A stretch of 64,000 nt of DNA from Octopus vulgaris (Eukaryota), in NCBI GenBank assembly GCA_951406725.2, contig OX597820.1, positions 73,098,001 through 73,162,000 of the forward strand. Direction: 5' to 3'. Position 1 is the first letter of the stretch; every line of letters begins with the position of its first letter. This document shows positions 25,240-38,142 of the stretch, one piece after another. The notes beneath the pieces are model-generated. The model was not told the DNA's origin. It did not search any database and was given only the letters and a program-made list of their open reading frames with translations. The position numbers and the translations under genes were made by a program.

Positions 25240-26219
25240 ATGCACTTTTTAACTGCTTTATCTTGTCTAACCCTTTTCATTGCGTAATTTGTCGCATTGA
25301 GGCTTCATGAAGAAATTTGGTGAAACCCCACTAGTGTTTGCGTAACAGATACACAAACAGCATATAAATGTTTAATTAGTTAGAGAACGCCAATTCATTC
25401 TTTAAAAATGTTAAAATAACGAACGGATGCCAGTTTTTTGGTTGCTGAAAACGAGTCGAATATGACAGCTGTTGAGAAGGATATTTATAAAACAGTTGGG
25501 CTATAGAAATGATTTCCCCAACTCTGAAATAAACCGACTCCTGTTAAGTCAGTTCAGTTTCAGTTTCAGATTAAAATGTTATGTTTTGGTGGTGGAGTTT
25601 CTACCTCTAGAAATATCTGTTTTTAAACTTAGTATTTGATCAATATTTATTCTCGAGCCCTGTGACTCATCAGGCCCTTTCCCCAGTGTATTGGCGATCG
25701 AGGTCACAAAATTCACCTTGAACGAGACACTGCTTCGTTGCAAGGCTCAAGCCCAGTAATTTTGAGGGAATGAGATAAGACAGTTACTTCGACCCTGGTA
25801 CTTTATCCTATCCACCACGAAGGGGTGAAAGGCAAATTTGACTTCAGTGGTATTTGAAATCAGAATGCAAAGAGCCGGAAGAGATCTGCAAAGCATTTTG
25901 TCTGACGTGCAAATGATTCAGCTAGTTTGCCACTTATTTGGTCCATATACCAAGGTTAAAAAAAAGAAAAAAAGATAGAAGGAAAAGAAAAGAAAAGAGT
26001 TGCCTATATCTGGCGGTAACGTTGTCCAACGATTTTCCAAATAATAAGGAAAAGAAAATAACTGAAAATAAAACGCATACCGAATTTGATGAGCACTAGA
26101 CCTAGACTATCAGAATATGTAGGTTAACTCTTGAGAATAAGGAAACAACGTATTGGATCTGATCTAAGCTTGAGTTAGATTGGATATATTGGTAAAATGA
26201 CATGACGATTGATCCACGT

Positions 26220-27480
26220 CAAATATCTGTGATGACGGTATTGATTTGAACTGAGCACACTTGTTCTGTATTAGTTTTGCTGAAACATATAGCTGAAATA
26301 TTACTGTTCGAAAAATCGATGGACGAAAGCAACATCTTTCCTCCTGATACGAACCGTCCCAATATAATGCATCCCAGGATCCACCATTGATCTAACACCG
26401 GTGGGATGCTCGGTATTGTCATCTTTACTCTATTTTCTCCCAGGTAATCTGGGGAAGACAACGAAGACATCGCTGCATCGGGCTACCACCGAGTGATATA
26501 CTGTAAGGGATCCAGTTTTAAATAGAACTTCGACTCGGCCGAACTGTTTTGCCCTAAATATATGTTGTATGTCCTGACATATATCGCAAACGGTCCTTTC
26601 CACTTGTACTTTGGTTGCAGTGTCCAGGCGACGATTTTCTAATGACAAACAGCGATATATAACATTCTTTCTTGTAGTTTCATCAAGAGTTTCGAGAAGG
26701 AATGCAAGATTCAACACGTCTACCTTCAATTTTTATAAATCTAACCACGTCCTCCAATTTTTCCCTCTTTTCTTCTAAGGAGAGACGATATAGTACCCTT
26801 GTGAATGCTATTCTAATGACAGAAGCCTTGTTGTTGTTGCTGCTGTTGTTGTTGTTAAGCAACAAGACAGGTAAGGGTGATTAGGTGATGGTCTAGGGCT
26901 TAGGGGCGGGAGACCCCAGACCTTGTAAAAAAACACTTTGGTCGTCTTGTTGTAGTCGATGGCTCTTCGTTGACGCCCTACACTACTAGGAGATGGCCCT
27001 CGAAGTCGCTGGAGATGGAGATCTCCAGGTCCAAAATCTTGAACGGCTGCTGTTGCTGTTGTTGTTCTTGCTGTTAGTGTTATTGTTTTGTGTTCTGGCG
27101 TTTTATTACTTTCGTCGCTGCTATTATTGTGTTGTTGTTGTTGCTGCTGTTGTTGCTATTACTACGAGCGTTATTACTGCTGTCGCTGCTCTTCCAGCTG
27201 TCACTGCTGCTGCTTCTGCTACTGCTACTGCCCTTTTGGCCGTTGTTACCCTTGCTGCTTTACGGTTGTTTCTTTTGTTAATACTGTTGTTGCTACTGCT
27301 GCTGTTGTTGTTGTTGCTGTTGACGGTATAGCTCTCACGTTTGTCAATCAGGTTGTCGCTTGCTCCGTCAATACGACCGTTCGAGCTCTCATTCAAGCTG
27401 CTGATGTTTCAGTTGAGGGAAGAGTAATCGCTGCTGCTCACTGTTATCTCCAGAGGAATCATTCGTCTTCCTTTCACTTC
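26220..27480 (-). pseudogene. decayed L1/Tx1-like ORF1 region
   Basis: QFGRVEVLFKT..PDYLGENRVKMTIPSIPP and RRPKCF segments resemble Tx1-type ORF1; interspersed (GTT/GCT)n. Confidence 0.45.
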
Positions 27481-27720
27481 ACACAGTTTAGTGGACGCAT
27501 GTTTCGGTTTTAAACAAGAGCAAATTTACGATTTGGTGAAGCTTTTGTTTCATAATACTTAAAAAGGTGACCCTTGTGGGTCGCATTTGCTGTACCCCTC
27601 TTCACAAAGAAAAATAGGGATTCTCACTTAAAGAAGTGTCTAAAACGGTTTCAAGAAAATAACGTACTTCCAACAAAAACAACTAACCTTTTAGGAGCCA
27701 AAGCAAAATATATGCAATGC

Positions 27721-27803
<83 letters not shown>

Positions 27804-27834
27804 AAGAAGAAGAAGAAGAATGTAGAGGGACATT

Positions 27835-28486
27835 ACAAGGACAAATTACGAATTTGTGCAGGGTTTGCAAAAGAAGATTAGGTGAAAAAAGAGAAAGAAA
27901 GGTAAAATGAGATAAAAATTAAACATCGTATACGTACAATATTCTCGTGAAAAAATGGATGACGCAGCCCACCTCATACAGGAGAGTCCTTAACTAGGGA
28001 TAATCAAGAGACCCCACAGATCCAGGATCTTTCTAACCGCCAAAGGCAGGAGCCCTCACTTGAAAATCTTGATGAGTGCTTGACCGAAGAAGAAGATGTC
28101 TATCCTAGATCCTTTCGGTAACGTCAATTGTGCAACTTTTGTCATAGACACTAGAAAGAAGAACACTGGCTGTCCCACCTTGTTGAACTCTGCCGTTAAC
28201 CAAATTAGTCCTTCATGCGACAACAGTTGTTTGACATAACTCCATAAATAGATAATGCTCAGACATCACACGTCTGGTCGCAGTGCGGTCTCGTTACTTC
28301 TAACTCATCTCGGACAGTTCCACCTAGTAGCGCTTCCATGTCTATAGGGCTTATCTCAAACTGGTAAAAACCATAGGTAGCACTGCCAGCGAAAGATCTA
28401 TGGTGGCTATCCTTTGTAGTTTACATTCCCCCAAATTCCTCAAACAGACCATTTAGTTCATCGTCAACGCCAGACGTTTTGCCGAA
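27835..28486 (-). pseudogene. L1/Tx1 ORF2 C-terminal (zf-RVT) remnant and 3'UTR
   Basis: Frameshifted translation WQCYLWFLPV-RDK-YRHGSATRWNCPR..SNETAL..LWSYVKQLLS..FFGQALIKIFK fits the LPVRDKL..CPRC..ET..H..C region. Confidence 0.7.
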
Positions 28487-28499
28487 CAACAACAAAAAC

Positions 28500-28530
<31 letters not shown>

Positions 28531-28531
<1 letters not shown>

Positions 28532-29054
28532 GCTCTCATGGCTTCTGATATTAACTGATTGGAAGTGTTATCATGTACATTGTTTTGTCTTGGTATAAAA
28601 GATGGGCTACAGCAAATATTCTGCTCAATACCACAGATTTGCTTGTCAGTTGTTTGCCCTTAACCAGTTGAGCATGTCCCTTAGTAGCTGACGATATGTG
28701 CATCTCTGATCATTAGCAGAAGTAGTGGGGCTGCATCATAGCCATGTGTTGAGAGGAATTCTTTGGGATTTTAATAATTCCCCTCTGGAAACATGGGTGT
28801 TTCGGTCAACATTTTTAAACAACCCTTATTCAAGGACCTTTTGAGCGGGATGGGCTACTTGACCTGAAGAAAGTTCTAACTGAACCCCACCTGCAAGGTC
28901 ATGCGCTGTCTATCTTGATCACCATGTCGCGCACATATGGTTGTGATGCATGTGCCTGGTGTACCCATATCAGACGAGTAGTCATGATGGATATACTGGG
29001 CTTCGTATATTTTACCCCAGTATCACTTTGATGGCATACACTGCTCTTTCACTC

Positions 29055-29055
<1 letters not shown>
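28531..29055 (+). mobile_element. 5'-truncated 5S-SINE body in (AAT)n
   Basis: Homologous to 5611-6168 and 47580-48125. Confidence 0.8.
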
Positions 29056-29086
<31 letters not shown>

Positions 29087-29169
29087 TGATGATGACGATT
29101 ATGATGATGACAATTATGATTTCTGCCTCTCATACAAGTTCCCTCACAAAGAGGGAACTTGTGAGGGAA

Positions 29170-29760
29170 CATAGGCCATTAAGAGTTGTATGGAATGCTG
29201 AAATTATCATCCTTTGGAATTTCAGTGTTTAGACTGATCGGAAAATTCAGGTTAACTGATAAAATATCACTGTGAAAAATAATGTTGAAAAGTCATGTCT
29301 TCTAATGGATGCTGCTGTCCCACTGGCCAAAAATCCATCTCTGAAAACGTTTGAGAATATGAGAAGCTGTAAGTAATTGAGACTGAAATCAGAAGAATGT
29401 GGTATCTCAAAATAACAACACTACCCATTGTTACTGGAATACTTGGAATGATATCAAAAAGAGCAAATAAATATGTCGACCAAATTCCTGGCAGCCCAAG
29501 AATAAGTGAATTGCAAAAGATCATACTTATGAGTACCTCACAAAGTTTACGTAAATTCCTCTCCATGTAAATACAGTGTTATCCATTCGGCTTTCTAGCA
29601 AATTTTATAAAATGTAATTTTTATAACACTCTGACATCAGTTTTTTCAAATACATGGTTTAATCACCTACTTGCATCGTTAGATGAAAAAAACCTTGTTG
29701 TCCCATCATGTCTTAAGTTGAGACTTGGATGCAGCCTGAATAAATTATAGCACATGCAAC
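29170..29760 (+). pseudogene. R4/Dong non-LTR element C-terminal fragment
   Basis: RMWYLKITTLPIVTGILGMISK..QIPGSPRISELQKIILMSTSQSLRKFLSM* is the Dong/R4 C-terminus. Confidence 0.75.
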
Positions 29761-30559
29761 AACAACAAATAATATGAATAATAATAACACCGGAGACGTT
29801 TAACATGTGAGAGCGATAAAACACTGATCCGAAATCTATCCAAAGAAATCGGGAATAAAGACAACAAATGGAGCCTAAAATAAATGACAGAGTGTTGGAC
29901 TATATCCAAGTAACTAATACTCATTAAAATAGTATTCTGCTTTTCGAATGAAACGGTGTATTTTAACTATGTATTACCTCTGTCATTCGCATAATACGTG
30001 TAAACACGCTCGCCACACTGACAAGGCGCTGGACTACGCCTGAGCAAGTTAAAAGTGTTGGGCTATATCCGACTACGTGCATATTGGACTATATCCGATT
30101 AAGTACACTTCACAAACACGTAAGTAATAAACTAATTAATTACGTATACACCTCAGTTTTACATTAACACATTTTAATATTTCGAAATAACATTAAGTAA
30201 AGTATAAACAAGCGCGCGCACACACATAAGCGAATTGGATAAAAACAAACGACGAAGAATAGTCATTATTGATCACAAAAGCATTAAACAGATATACATG
30301 TATACACACCCGCCATGGCATTACACAAATATATACCCCGCATGGAAAAAATAAGGGTGGATATTAGATTTTGTCTATTTTTTTGTCTCATTTGACAGCA
30401 TTTATTTGTTTGTAATTATAGAAGCGAAAGTGTTAATGACGATTAGCCAAAGCTCATGTCGGATCAGAAGAAATATTAACAGTGACATGTAGTAAAAATG
30501 AAAACAATAATAATATCAGTGATGATAATAATTATAATAATAACGAAATGAAGCGGTTG

Positions 30560-32668
30560 GAATCTCCACATGTCCTGATTGATGATACTTTTAGTGACAG
30601 TGTCAGAATAAAAACGCTGGTAATTTCGCAACCTGATAATCGCTACCTCATATGAGTGACAATGAAAATACAAAATATTGTGAACAACGGTGTTAATGAA
30701 ACTGAAGCCCTTGATGGTGACAGTGTTGCACCCGGCAGGCTCAGAGATACTGGTCCGACTCAAGTCTGTCGTTATAAAGTAAGGGGCCAGCACACACCGC
30801 GTAGATGGAACAAACAAGACAATGCTGTGGTCATGGAGTGTCACTACCTGAGCAACCCTGTAGACGAAAATGGTGTTCATATTAGAGGATACCGAGAACG
30901 TATGTATGATCAATGGAGAGAAAGCAGATTATTTCAACTCACGGAACAGAGGTTATGTAATCAAGCTAGAGCAATAAGAAAAATTGTTGGCTCACAGAAG
31001 TGTGAGCTTAAAAGCGAATAAAATATAGGGCACTAAACAGGAAGTATGATACTGAAGAAAGGACCTGAAAGTAGTAATGGGGGAACCGAAACGGCACCTC
31101 GTTGCAAAGAAAGCAAAGATGGTAAGATACGATAAAAGAATGGAGTGATACAAGCAGAATAGGTTATTCAGAGTAGATCATAAGAGATTCTACAAAGAAA
31201 TAAATGGAACAGATGAAATGTTGATACCAAAGTCAAAGGTTTTGGAGTAACATCTGGAGCAAAGACAAGGAACACAAGAAGGATGCTGAATGGTTGCGGG
31301 AACTGAAACAAACAGCAGTCTGTCCAAAACAGGCAGAACTAGTTATTTCAGTTAGGGAAGTGAAAGAAATCAGCAAAAAAATGGGCAACTGGAAGGCCCC
31401 GGCACCAGATGGAGTTCAAGGCTACTGGATCAAAAGATTTGGTGAATTTCATGCACGAATAGCTTGCACAACTCAACACCTTGTAAAATGTCAACTAAGT
31501 AACACCAGAGTGGTAAACAATGGGTAGGACAGTGCTGTGCTTAAAAAACATCGAAAAAGGCAATACGCTAGACAATTACAGGCCGATATGTGGAAATTAT
31601 TGACTGGAATAGTCGCAGAGTCAATGTAGGGACATCTGAAAAAAAAATGGATTCCTGCCACATGAGCAGAAGGGATGCAAGCGTAAGTGCAGAGATACCA
31701 AGGATCAACTCCTGGTAGACAAAACTGTACTTAGAGACTGCAAGAGGAGGAAAACTAACTTAGCCTTGGCATGAATCAATTATCGTAAGGCGTACGATAT
31801 GATCCCACATTCTTGGATTATGGAATGTATGAACCTATTTGGTATTGCATCGAATGTTGAGAAATTGCTTGGAAAAAGTATGGTGAAGTGGAGCGGAGGA
31901 CGGTACTGACAGCATATGAAAGAAGTTTAAGGACAATAGCAATCAGGAGAGGCATCTTCCAATGGGACTGCTTCTCCCCACTGATCTTTTTACTGTGCAT
32001 GATACGACTAACACTGATTTTGAGGAAAGCAAAGACTGGATGTGTATTCAAAAGCCGCCAACAAAAAGTCAACCATTATTCAGGAATGACCTCAAACTTT
32101 ATGGTAAAGATAAATCCCAAGTCAGTTCCCTCGTTGATACGGTGTATACATTCAGTGCTGATATCAGAATGGAGTTAGGACTGAAAAAGTGTGGTATGTT
32201 AGTATTGAAGAGAGGCAAAATCAAATGTACAGACGAGCTAGCGATAACGTCGGGGGAGGTTATGAAGCAGATAGAAGAGACGGGCCATAAGTACTTGGAG
32301 GTATTGGAAATGGAGAAAGAAGTGACTGAAAACTTTAAGGTGGAGTAGTTGCGCACACTAAGACTGATCCTTAAGTCGAAATTAAACGGACGGAATAAGA
32401 TCGAAGCTATCAACATCTGGGTGGTTTCACTCCCTAGATATGAAGCAGGGATAATCGCAGGGACAATAGACGAATTAAACAACTTAGGCAGAAAGATAAT
32501 GTCGTTGCTGATTAGATATCGTGTACTCCACCCAAAAAGTGGCACAGACAGACTGTATGTACCAAGAAAAAGAGGGGGAAAAGGACTGATTGGATGCAAA
32601 TACAGCATTAGAGCAGAAGAAAACAACATAGCATGGTATGTAAAAATGCTACACAATCGCTATTATTA
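30560..32668 (+). pseudogene. decayed R4/Dong retrotransposon ORF (N-terminus + RT), internally deleted and 3'-truncated
   Basis: RRWNKQDNAVVMECHYLS..GYRERMYDQW..TEQRLCNQARAIRK; NWKAPAPDGVQGYWIKRF; KAYDMIPHSWI; GIFQWDCFSPLIF; DLKLYGK; RLYVPRKRGGKGL; many stops and frameshifts. Confidence 0.9.
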
Positions 32669-32669
32669 G

Positions 32670-33120
32670 GATTTGAACTCAGAACATAAAGATGGACGGA
32701 ATACCTATTTCTTTACTACCCACAAGGGGCTAAACACAGAGAGGACAAACAAGGACAGACAAACGGATTAAGTCGATTATATCGACCCCAGTGCGTAACT
32801 GGTACTTGTTTAATCGACCCCGAAAGGATGAAAGACAAAGTCGACCTCGGCGGAATTTGAACTCAGAACGTAGCGGCAGACGAAAAACCTATTTCTTTAC
32901 TACCCACAAAGGGCTAAACACAGAGGAGACAAAGAAGGACAGACAGACGGATTAAGTCGATTATATCGACCCCAGTGCGTAACTGGTACTTAATTTATCG
33001 ACCCCGAAAGGATGAAAGGCAAAGTCGACCTCGGCGGAATTTGAACTCAGAACATGAAGACAGAAGAAATACCTCTAAGCATTTCGTCCGGCATGCTAAC
33101 TTTTCTGCCAGCTCGCTGCC
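32670..33120 (-). mobile_element. tandem multimer (two units plus a partial third) of MetaSINE-like element
   Basis: Repeated ~185-bp units with the same junction at ~32705 and ~32889. Confidence 0.85.
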
Positions 33121-33837
33121 ATAACAACAACAACAACAATAATAATAATAATAATAAAAATAATGATATAATGATAGTAGTAGTAGTTGTGATGGTGGTG
33201 GTGGTTGTGGTGGTTGTGATGGTGGTGGTGGTGGTGGTGGTGGTAGTAGTAGTAGTAGTAGTTGTAGAAGTAGTAGTAGTCGTCGTAGTATACAACTAAA
33301 AAATAAACCCAAACTAAGTGATTTTTTATATATATATAATTGAAATATCTGGCGGGTAAAAAACCAGATTAAGACTGCAAATCCTGCGATCAATCAACAA
33401 TTACTATTTATGGCAGAAAAATTTCACGGTTCCGTTGCTAACCTATGCAGAAGTCTAGCTGTGTCTCGTTTTTGTGGATCAGAAATTTCTTGTCAGCGTG
33501 TGTCGACGGTGCTCTTACTGCTCCACATTATACCAACCCTGGAATGACATTTATTTCAGACACGTCTTCAATATTTCCTCACCACCACTCTCTAAATTAA
33601 TCTAATCAGTGTTACTTCTAATCACACACATGCACGCACACTCACTAACATACATACACATACACATATTATATCACCCTTCGCTCATTCATGCATAACT
33701 TTCCGTACAGGGGCGTCAGCCATACACAACTGTGTCAGATTCTTCACGCAAGACTTGCAGTCTTGTGAACTGAGGCAGAAAAAGATATTTCGCATTTTAC
33801 ATCATAGTGAACAATGTAACACGAAGACAGATTTCTA

Positions 33838-34520
33838 AGCGCAGGCGTGGCTGTGCGGTAAGATGTTTGCTTCGCAATCACATGGTTCCGGGTTCAGTCC
33901 CACTGCATAACGCCTTGCGAATTTTTTTTTTCTATAGCTCTATGACCTACTAAAGTCTTCTGAATGAATTCGATAGACGGAAACCGAAAGAAGCTTGTCG
34001 AACATGCATGTGTGCGTGTGTATGTGTGTGTGTATGTGTGTGTGTGTGTGTGTTTCTTCGTTGCCCCACCGCTTGACAACCGGTATTGGTCTGTTTACGT
34101 TCTCGCAACTTAACGGTTCGGCAAAAGTGACCTGTAGAATAAGTTGATGTTTGTTCCTTCTCAAGCCATGACTGGCGTATAGGACCGGTTTCCCGGTTTC
34201 CTTGGAGCATAAGATTCCCACCTGGACGGGACGCCGTTCCGTCGCAGGTGAGCTGCAAGATGCAGGAGGAAAGAGTGCGAGAAAGTTGTGACGAAAGAAT
34301 CAGCAGAAGTTCGCCATTACCTTCTGCCGGAGCCGCGTGGAGCTTAGGTGTTTCGCTCATAAACACATACATCGCTCGGTCTGAGACTTGAACCCGCGAG
34401 TCCGCTGCTCTAACCACTAGGCCATGTGCCTCCGGAGATTAAGTACCAGGCTTTAAAACAAGTTCTGGGCGCGATTCATTCGACTAAAATACCTGCAGTC
34501 CAATGACTGAAATAAGTAAA
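33838..34520 (+). mobile_element. CORE-like SINE interrupted by an oppositely oriented tRNA-Arg SINE (34146-34435)
   Basis: Host SINE breaks at AGAATAAGT and resumes at TAAGTACCAGGC. Confidence 0.75.
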
Positions 34521-34635
34521 ACGTGAAAAAACTATAAATGATGATTGCTAATTGAGAACCAAGGAAAAAAATCAACCAGACTCGAAAACATCTCTAAAAT
34601 ATGCTGTATAAATTCACATATTCCTTTTTTTAAAT

Positions 34636-35050
34636 TCTTTTACTTGTTTCAGTCATTTGACTGCGGCCATGCTAGATCACCATCTTTTGTCGAATAAATC
34701 GATTCCAGGACTTATTATTTGTAAGTCTAGTATTTATTGTATCGGTTCCCTTTTGCCGAACTGCTAAGTTACGGGGACGTAAATACACCAACATCGGTTG
34801 TCAAGTGATTGTGGGAGGCAAACACACACACAACACAGATATACACACACACACATATATACATACATAGACACACACATATACATAATGGGCTTCTTTC
34901 AGTTTCCGTCTACCAAATCCACTCACAAAGCTTTGGTCGGCCCGAGGCTATAGTAAAAGACAGTTGGCCAAAGTGCCACGAAGTGGGACTGAACCCGGAA
35001 CCATGTAGTTGGGAAGCTACTTTCTTACCACACAGCCACGCCTGCGCCTA
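34636..35050 (-). mobile_element. CORE-like SINE, full length
   Basis: Reverse complement of the 54965-55372 family; head ends CCACACAGCCACGCCTGCGCCTA. Confidence 0.8.
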
Positions 35051-35386
35051 TATGTCACAGCACATTTCATGTAAATTGGAGGTTGAAGCAAATAATGTAA
35101 GGATTCTGTCAACCAACCAACCAACCAACCAACCAACCAAATCCATCTATCTCTCCAATATTGACAGGATACCAGTAATTATGAAGGAGTTCAAATCCTT
35201 CCCAACTCAACTTTGTCTACCGAGTTTCCGTAGGTGATTAAATAAAATACCTGTCATGCTCTACAGTTGATGCAATTTGCTAACACCTTGTCGCCCAGAA
35301 GTTACTGGCCATTTTCATAGCTTAGAAATATATATTTTAATAATAGTCTATGCTGCATAGCAGGACACACAGACATTCTGGTGTTA

Positions 35387-35454
<68 letters not shown>

Positions 35455-35455
<1 letters not shown>

Positions 35456-35687
35456 ACAAAGGGGTTCTGAAAAGTTTGGGGCTTTGGGTAAAAGAAAATA
35501 CATGAGGATCAGTTAATTATGATTTTATTCAACATAATCCCATCTCAGATTCATACACTTGTTGCAGTAATCCTTCAGTTTTTGTAAGCCCTGTAACAGA
35601 ACGACCAGGCCTTTTACGACACCCTTAAAGCTAGACATCAAGCCTTCCACGATACCCTTGAAGCCAGGAACTTTTCAGCACCCCTCG
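35455..35687. mobile_element. mariner-derived MITE
   Basis: TIR (C)AAAGGGGTTCTGAAAAGTT..GGCT / AGCCAGGAACTTTTCAGCACCCCTCG followed by TA. Confidence 0.75.
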
Positions 35688-35696
35688 TAAAAACAG

Positions 35697-35753
<57 letters not shown>

Positions 35754-35949
35754 AAAAAAGACTGGAAAGTTCCGTTCATTTTTAATACCATACCAGACTC
35801 GTTTCATTGCAGTGTAGAAAATGCATTATGAATATAAATATAATTTTAATAACAGTAATATTATAAATATATCAAATACATAATATGTATATATATACAT
35901 GTGTGTGTGTATGTGTGTGTGTGCGTATGTGTGTGTGACCGCGTGTGTA

Positions 35950-36155
35950 TCGTTGGCGATTTTTTTCCTCCGTCTTCCCATCCTTGGATCTTTCCTTTTT
36001 GTATGTTTCTGACAAAGAGCTCCGCTCGAAACGTTAAGTCTTCCTTCTTTCTTTCCTTTCTTGAGCATTTGAGCATTCCAATAACACTATACTTGTTCCA
36101 CGCCCTCGCGTTGTGTTTTCTCTTTGTGTTTTAATGTTTGGATTAACTTTATATA
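35950..36155 (+). mobile_element. Penelope-like terminal repeat with degenerate minimal hammerhead
   Basis: CTGACAA-AGAGC-TCC-GCTC-GAAACGTT at 36009-36035; homologous to 59880-60090; ends in (TA)n. Confidence 0.6.
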
Positions 36156-36159
36156 TATT

Positions 36160-36230
<71 letters not shown>

Positions 36231-36279
36231 CATGCATACATACATACATACACACATACATACACACACACACATATAA

Positions 36280-36465
36280 ATATATATTGTTGAAATTTAG
36301 AGAAAAACAAAAGACGAAGACGGGTGTATAAGCAACAAGCAGGTGTATTAGTTTCACGCTCGGGAAGGTGAGAAAGTATTTTACGTTTCGAGCCTACGCT
36401 CTTCAACAGAAAGGAGCACGAGAAAATAAGCAGAGATAGAATAAAAAACTTGGAGTTAGCGGTCA
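36280..36465 (-). mobile_element. second Penelope-like terminal repeat with hammerhead-like motif
   Basis: Minus strand TTT-CTGTTGA-AGAGC-GTAG-GCTC-GAAACGTA-AAA at ~36376-36414. Confidence 0.55.
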
Positions 36466-36766
36466 ATATATGTATGTATGTGTGTAGTATGTTTGTGTGT
36501 CTGCGTTTGTCCCCCACCATCGCTTGACAACCGATGCTAGTGTGTTTACGTCCCCGTAACCTAGTTGTTCGGTAAAAGAGATCGATATAATAAGTACTAG
36601 GCTTACTAAAAATAAGTTTTGGGGTCGATTTGCTCGACTACAGGTGTAGTCAAATAATTGAAACAAATAAAAGAGTAAAAGAGTATGTATGTGTGTGTAA
36701 AACACGTACAGGATCACATATACGTAATTCTTGAGATTGGAACATAGAAATGTGCTTCCTGACGTA

Positions 36767-36802
<36 letters not shown>

Positions 36803-36837
36803 CACCTTCCACGCTGCAATTGTATATATATATATAT

Positions 36838-37131
36838 AATGGAGCAAAAAAGCAATAGAGGACAATAAAACATTCGGACAGATAGGCGATGCAAAGGTGG
36901 ACAGGAGAAACAGCAATTAGGACAGGGGAAAAAGACGAGTCATTCATAGCCTTCTTTCCTCAGTCAAGTTACCAGAAGTCCATACTGTTTCGGGCAGGCC
37001 AAAATAGTAAGGACTTCTGGTAACTTGACTGGGGAAAGAAGGCCTGTCTTTCTAATTATTTCTCCTGTCTGCCTTTGTATCTTCTATCTGTCCGAATGCT
37101 TTATTGTCCTCTATTGCGTTTTTGTTCCATT
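36838..37131. mobile_element. palindromic foldback element in (TA)n
   Basis: Imperfect long arms; inner stem CTTTCCTCAGTCAAGTTACCAGAAGTCC / GGACTTCTGGTAACTTGACTGGGGAAAG. Confidence 0.8.
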
Positions 37132-37223
37132 TTTTATATTTATATATACATATAGCGGCGTACGTACACGCTTGTGCCCATCTCATAGTAACTATATATA
37201 TATAGTAACTATATATATATATA

Positions 37224-37280
<57 letters not shown>

Positions 37281-37285
<5 letters not shown>

Positions 37286-37375
37286 ACGTCCAGTTTGAAA
37301 TAAGATGAATAGAAGAAATTTCTAATTTATGGTATCTTTTTTTTTATTCTTTTTATTTCAAACTGGACGTCAATA
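37281..37375. repeat. short inverted repeat (hairpin)
   Basis: TATTGACGTCCAGTTTGAAATAA ... TTATTTCAAACTGGACGTCAATA perfect outer stem. Confidence 0.85.
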
Positions 37376-38082
37376 ACTTTATCTTATCTGGCCAATATGT
37401 CAAGTTGACAGTTGAACCTTACAGTTTTCATTCCGTTCACATCTCGTTGTCTTCTTCCCTCCTTTCACAACATTGAAGCTTACAAACCGCCAACACTATT
37501 AACAGATATTTTATCACTTCGTCTTCTTCCTCTCTTCCTGTCGTATTGTCAGTCAAGCGGCTCTCTATTACCCACCACACCTATCTCTCTTTTTCTCTGT
37601 CTTTCTATGTATCTATCAATCTCTCCTTCCCATACTTCTTTGTCACTTTCTGTTCTTTTCTTTTCTTCCTACCTTTATTTCTAGCTTCCCTATTGTAAGA
37701 CTTTGCTCCAATACGTTGACATTGCTGAGAATCTCCTTTCAACATCCAGACGTTCACACACACTCTCGCTCTCTCAGTTTTCCTTTTCCTTCTCTCTCTC
37801 TCTCTCTCTCCCTCCCTCCCTCTTTCTTATTACGCTTTATTGTCCCTCATAAATATTTCACACTCCTTCGTCCACATTTAGCACTCTTTCTCCCGCTCCT
37901 CTTATTTATTTATTTATTTATTTATTTATTTTCGTCTATTTCTGTCGATCTATAATTTTATCTTCCTCCCCTTGTCGATACCTGCAGCTCCCCTCCGTTT
38001 CCCCCCTCTCTCTCTCTACCTCCTTCCTCCATCTTCCTCCCCCTTTCATTCCGTCTCCCTCTACCCCTCCTCTCCCTCAAGC

Positions 38083-38142
<60 letters not shown>

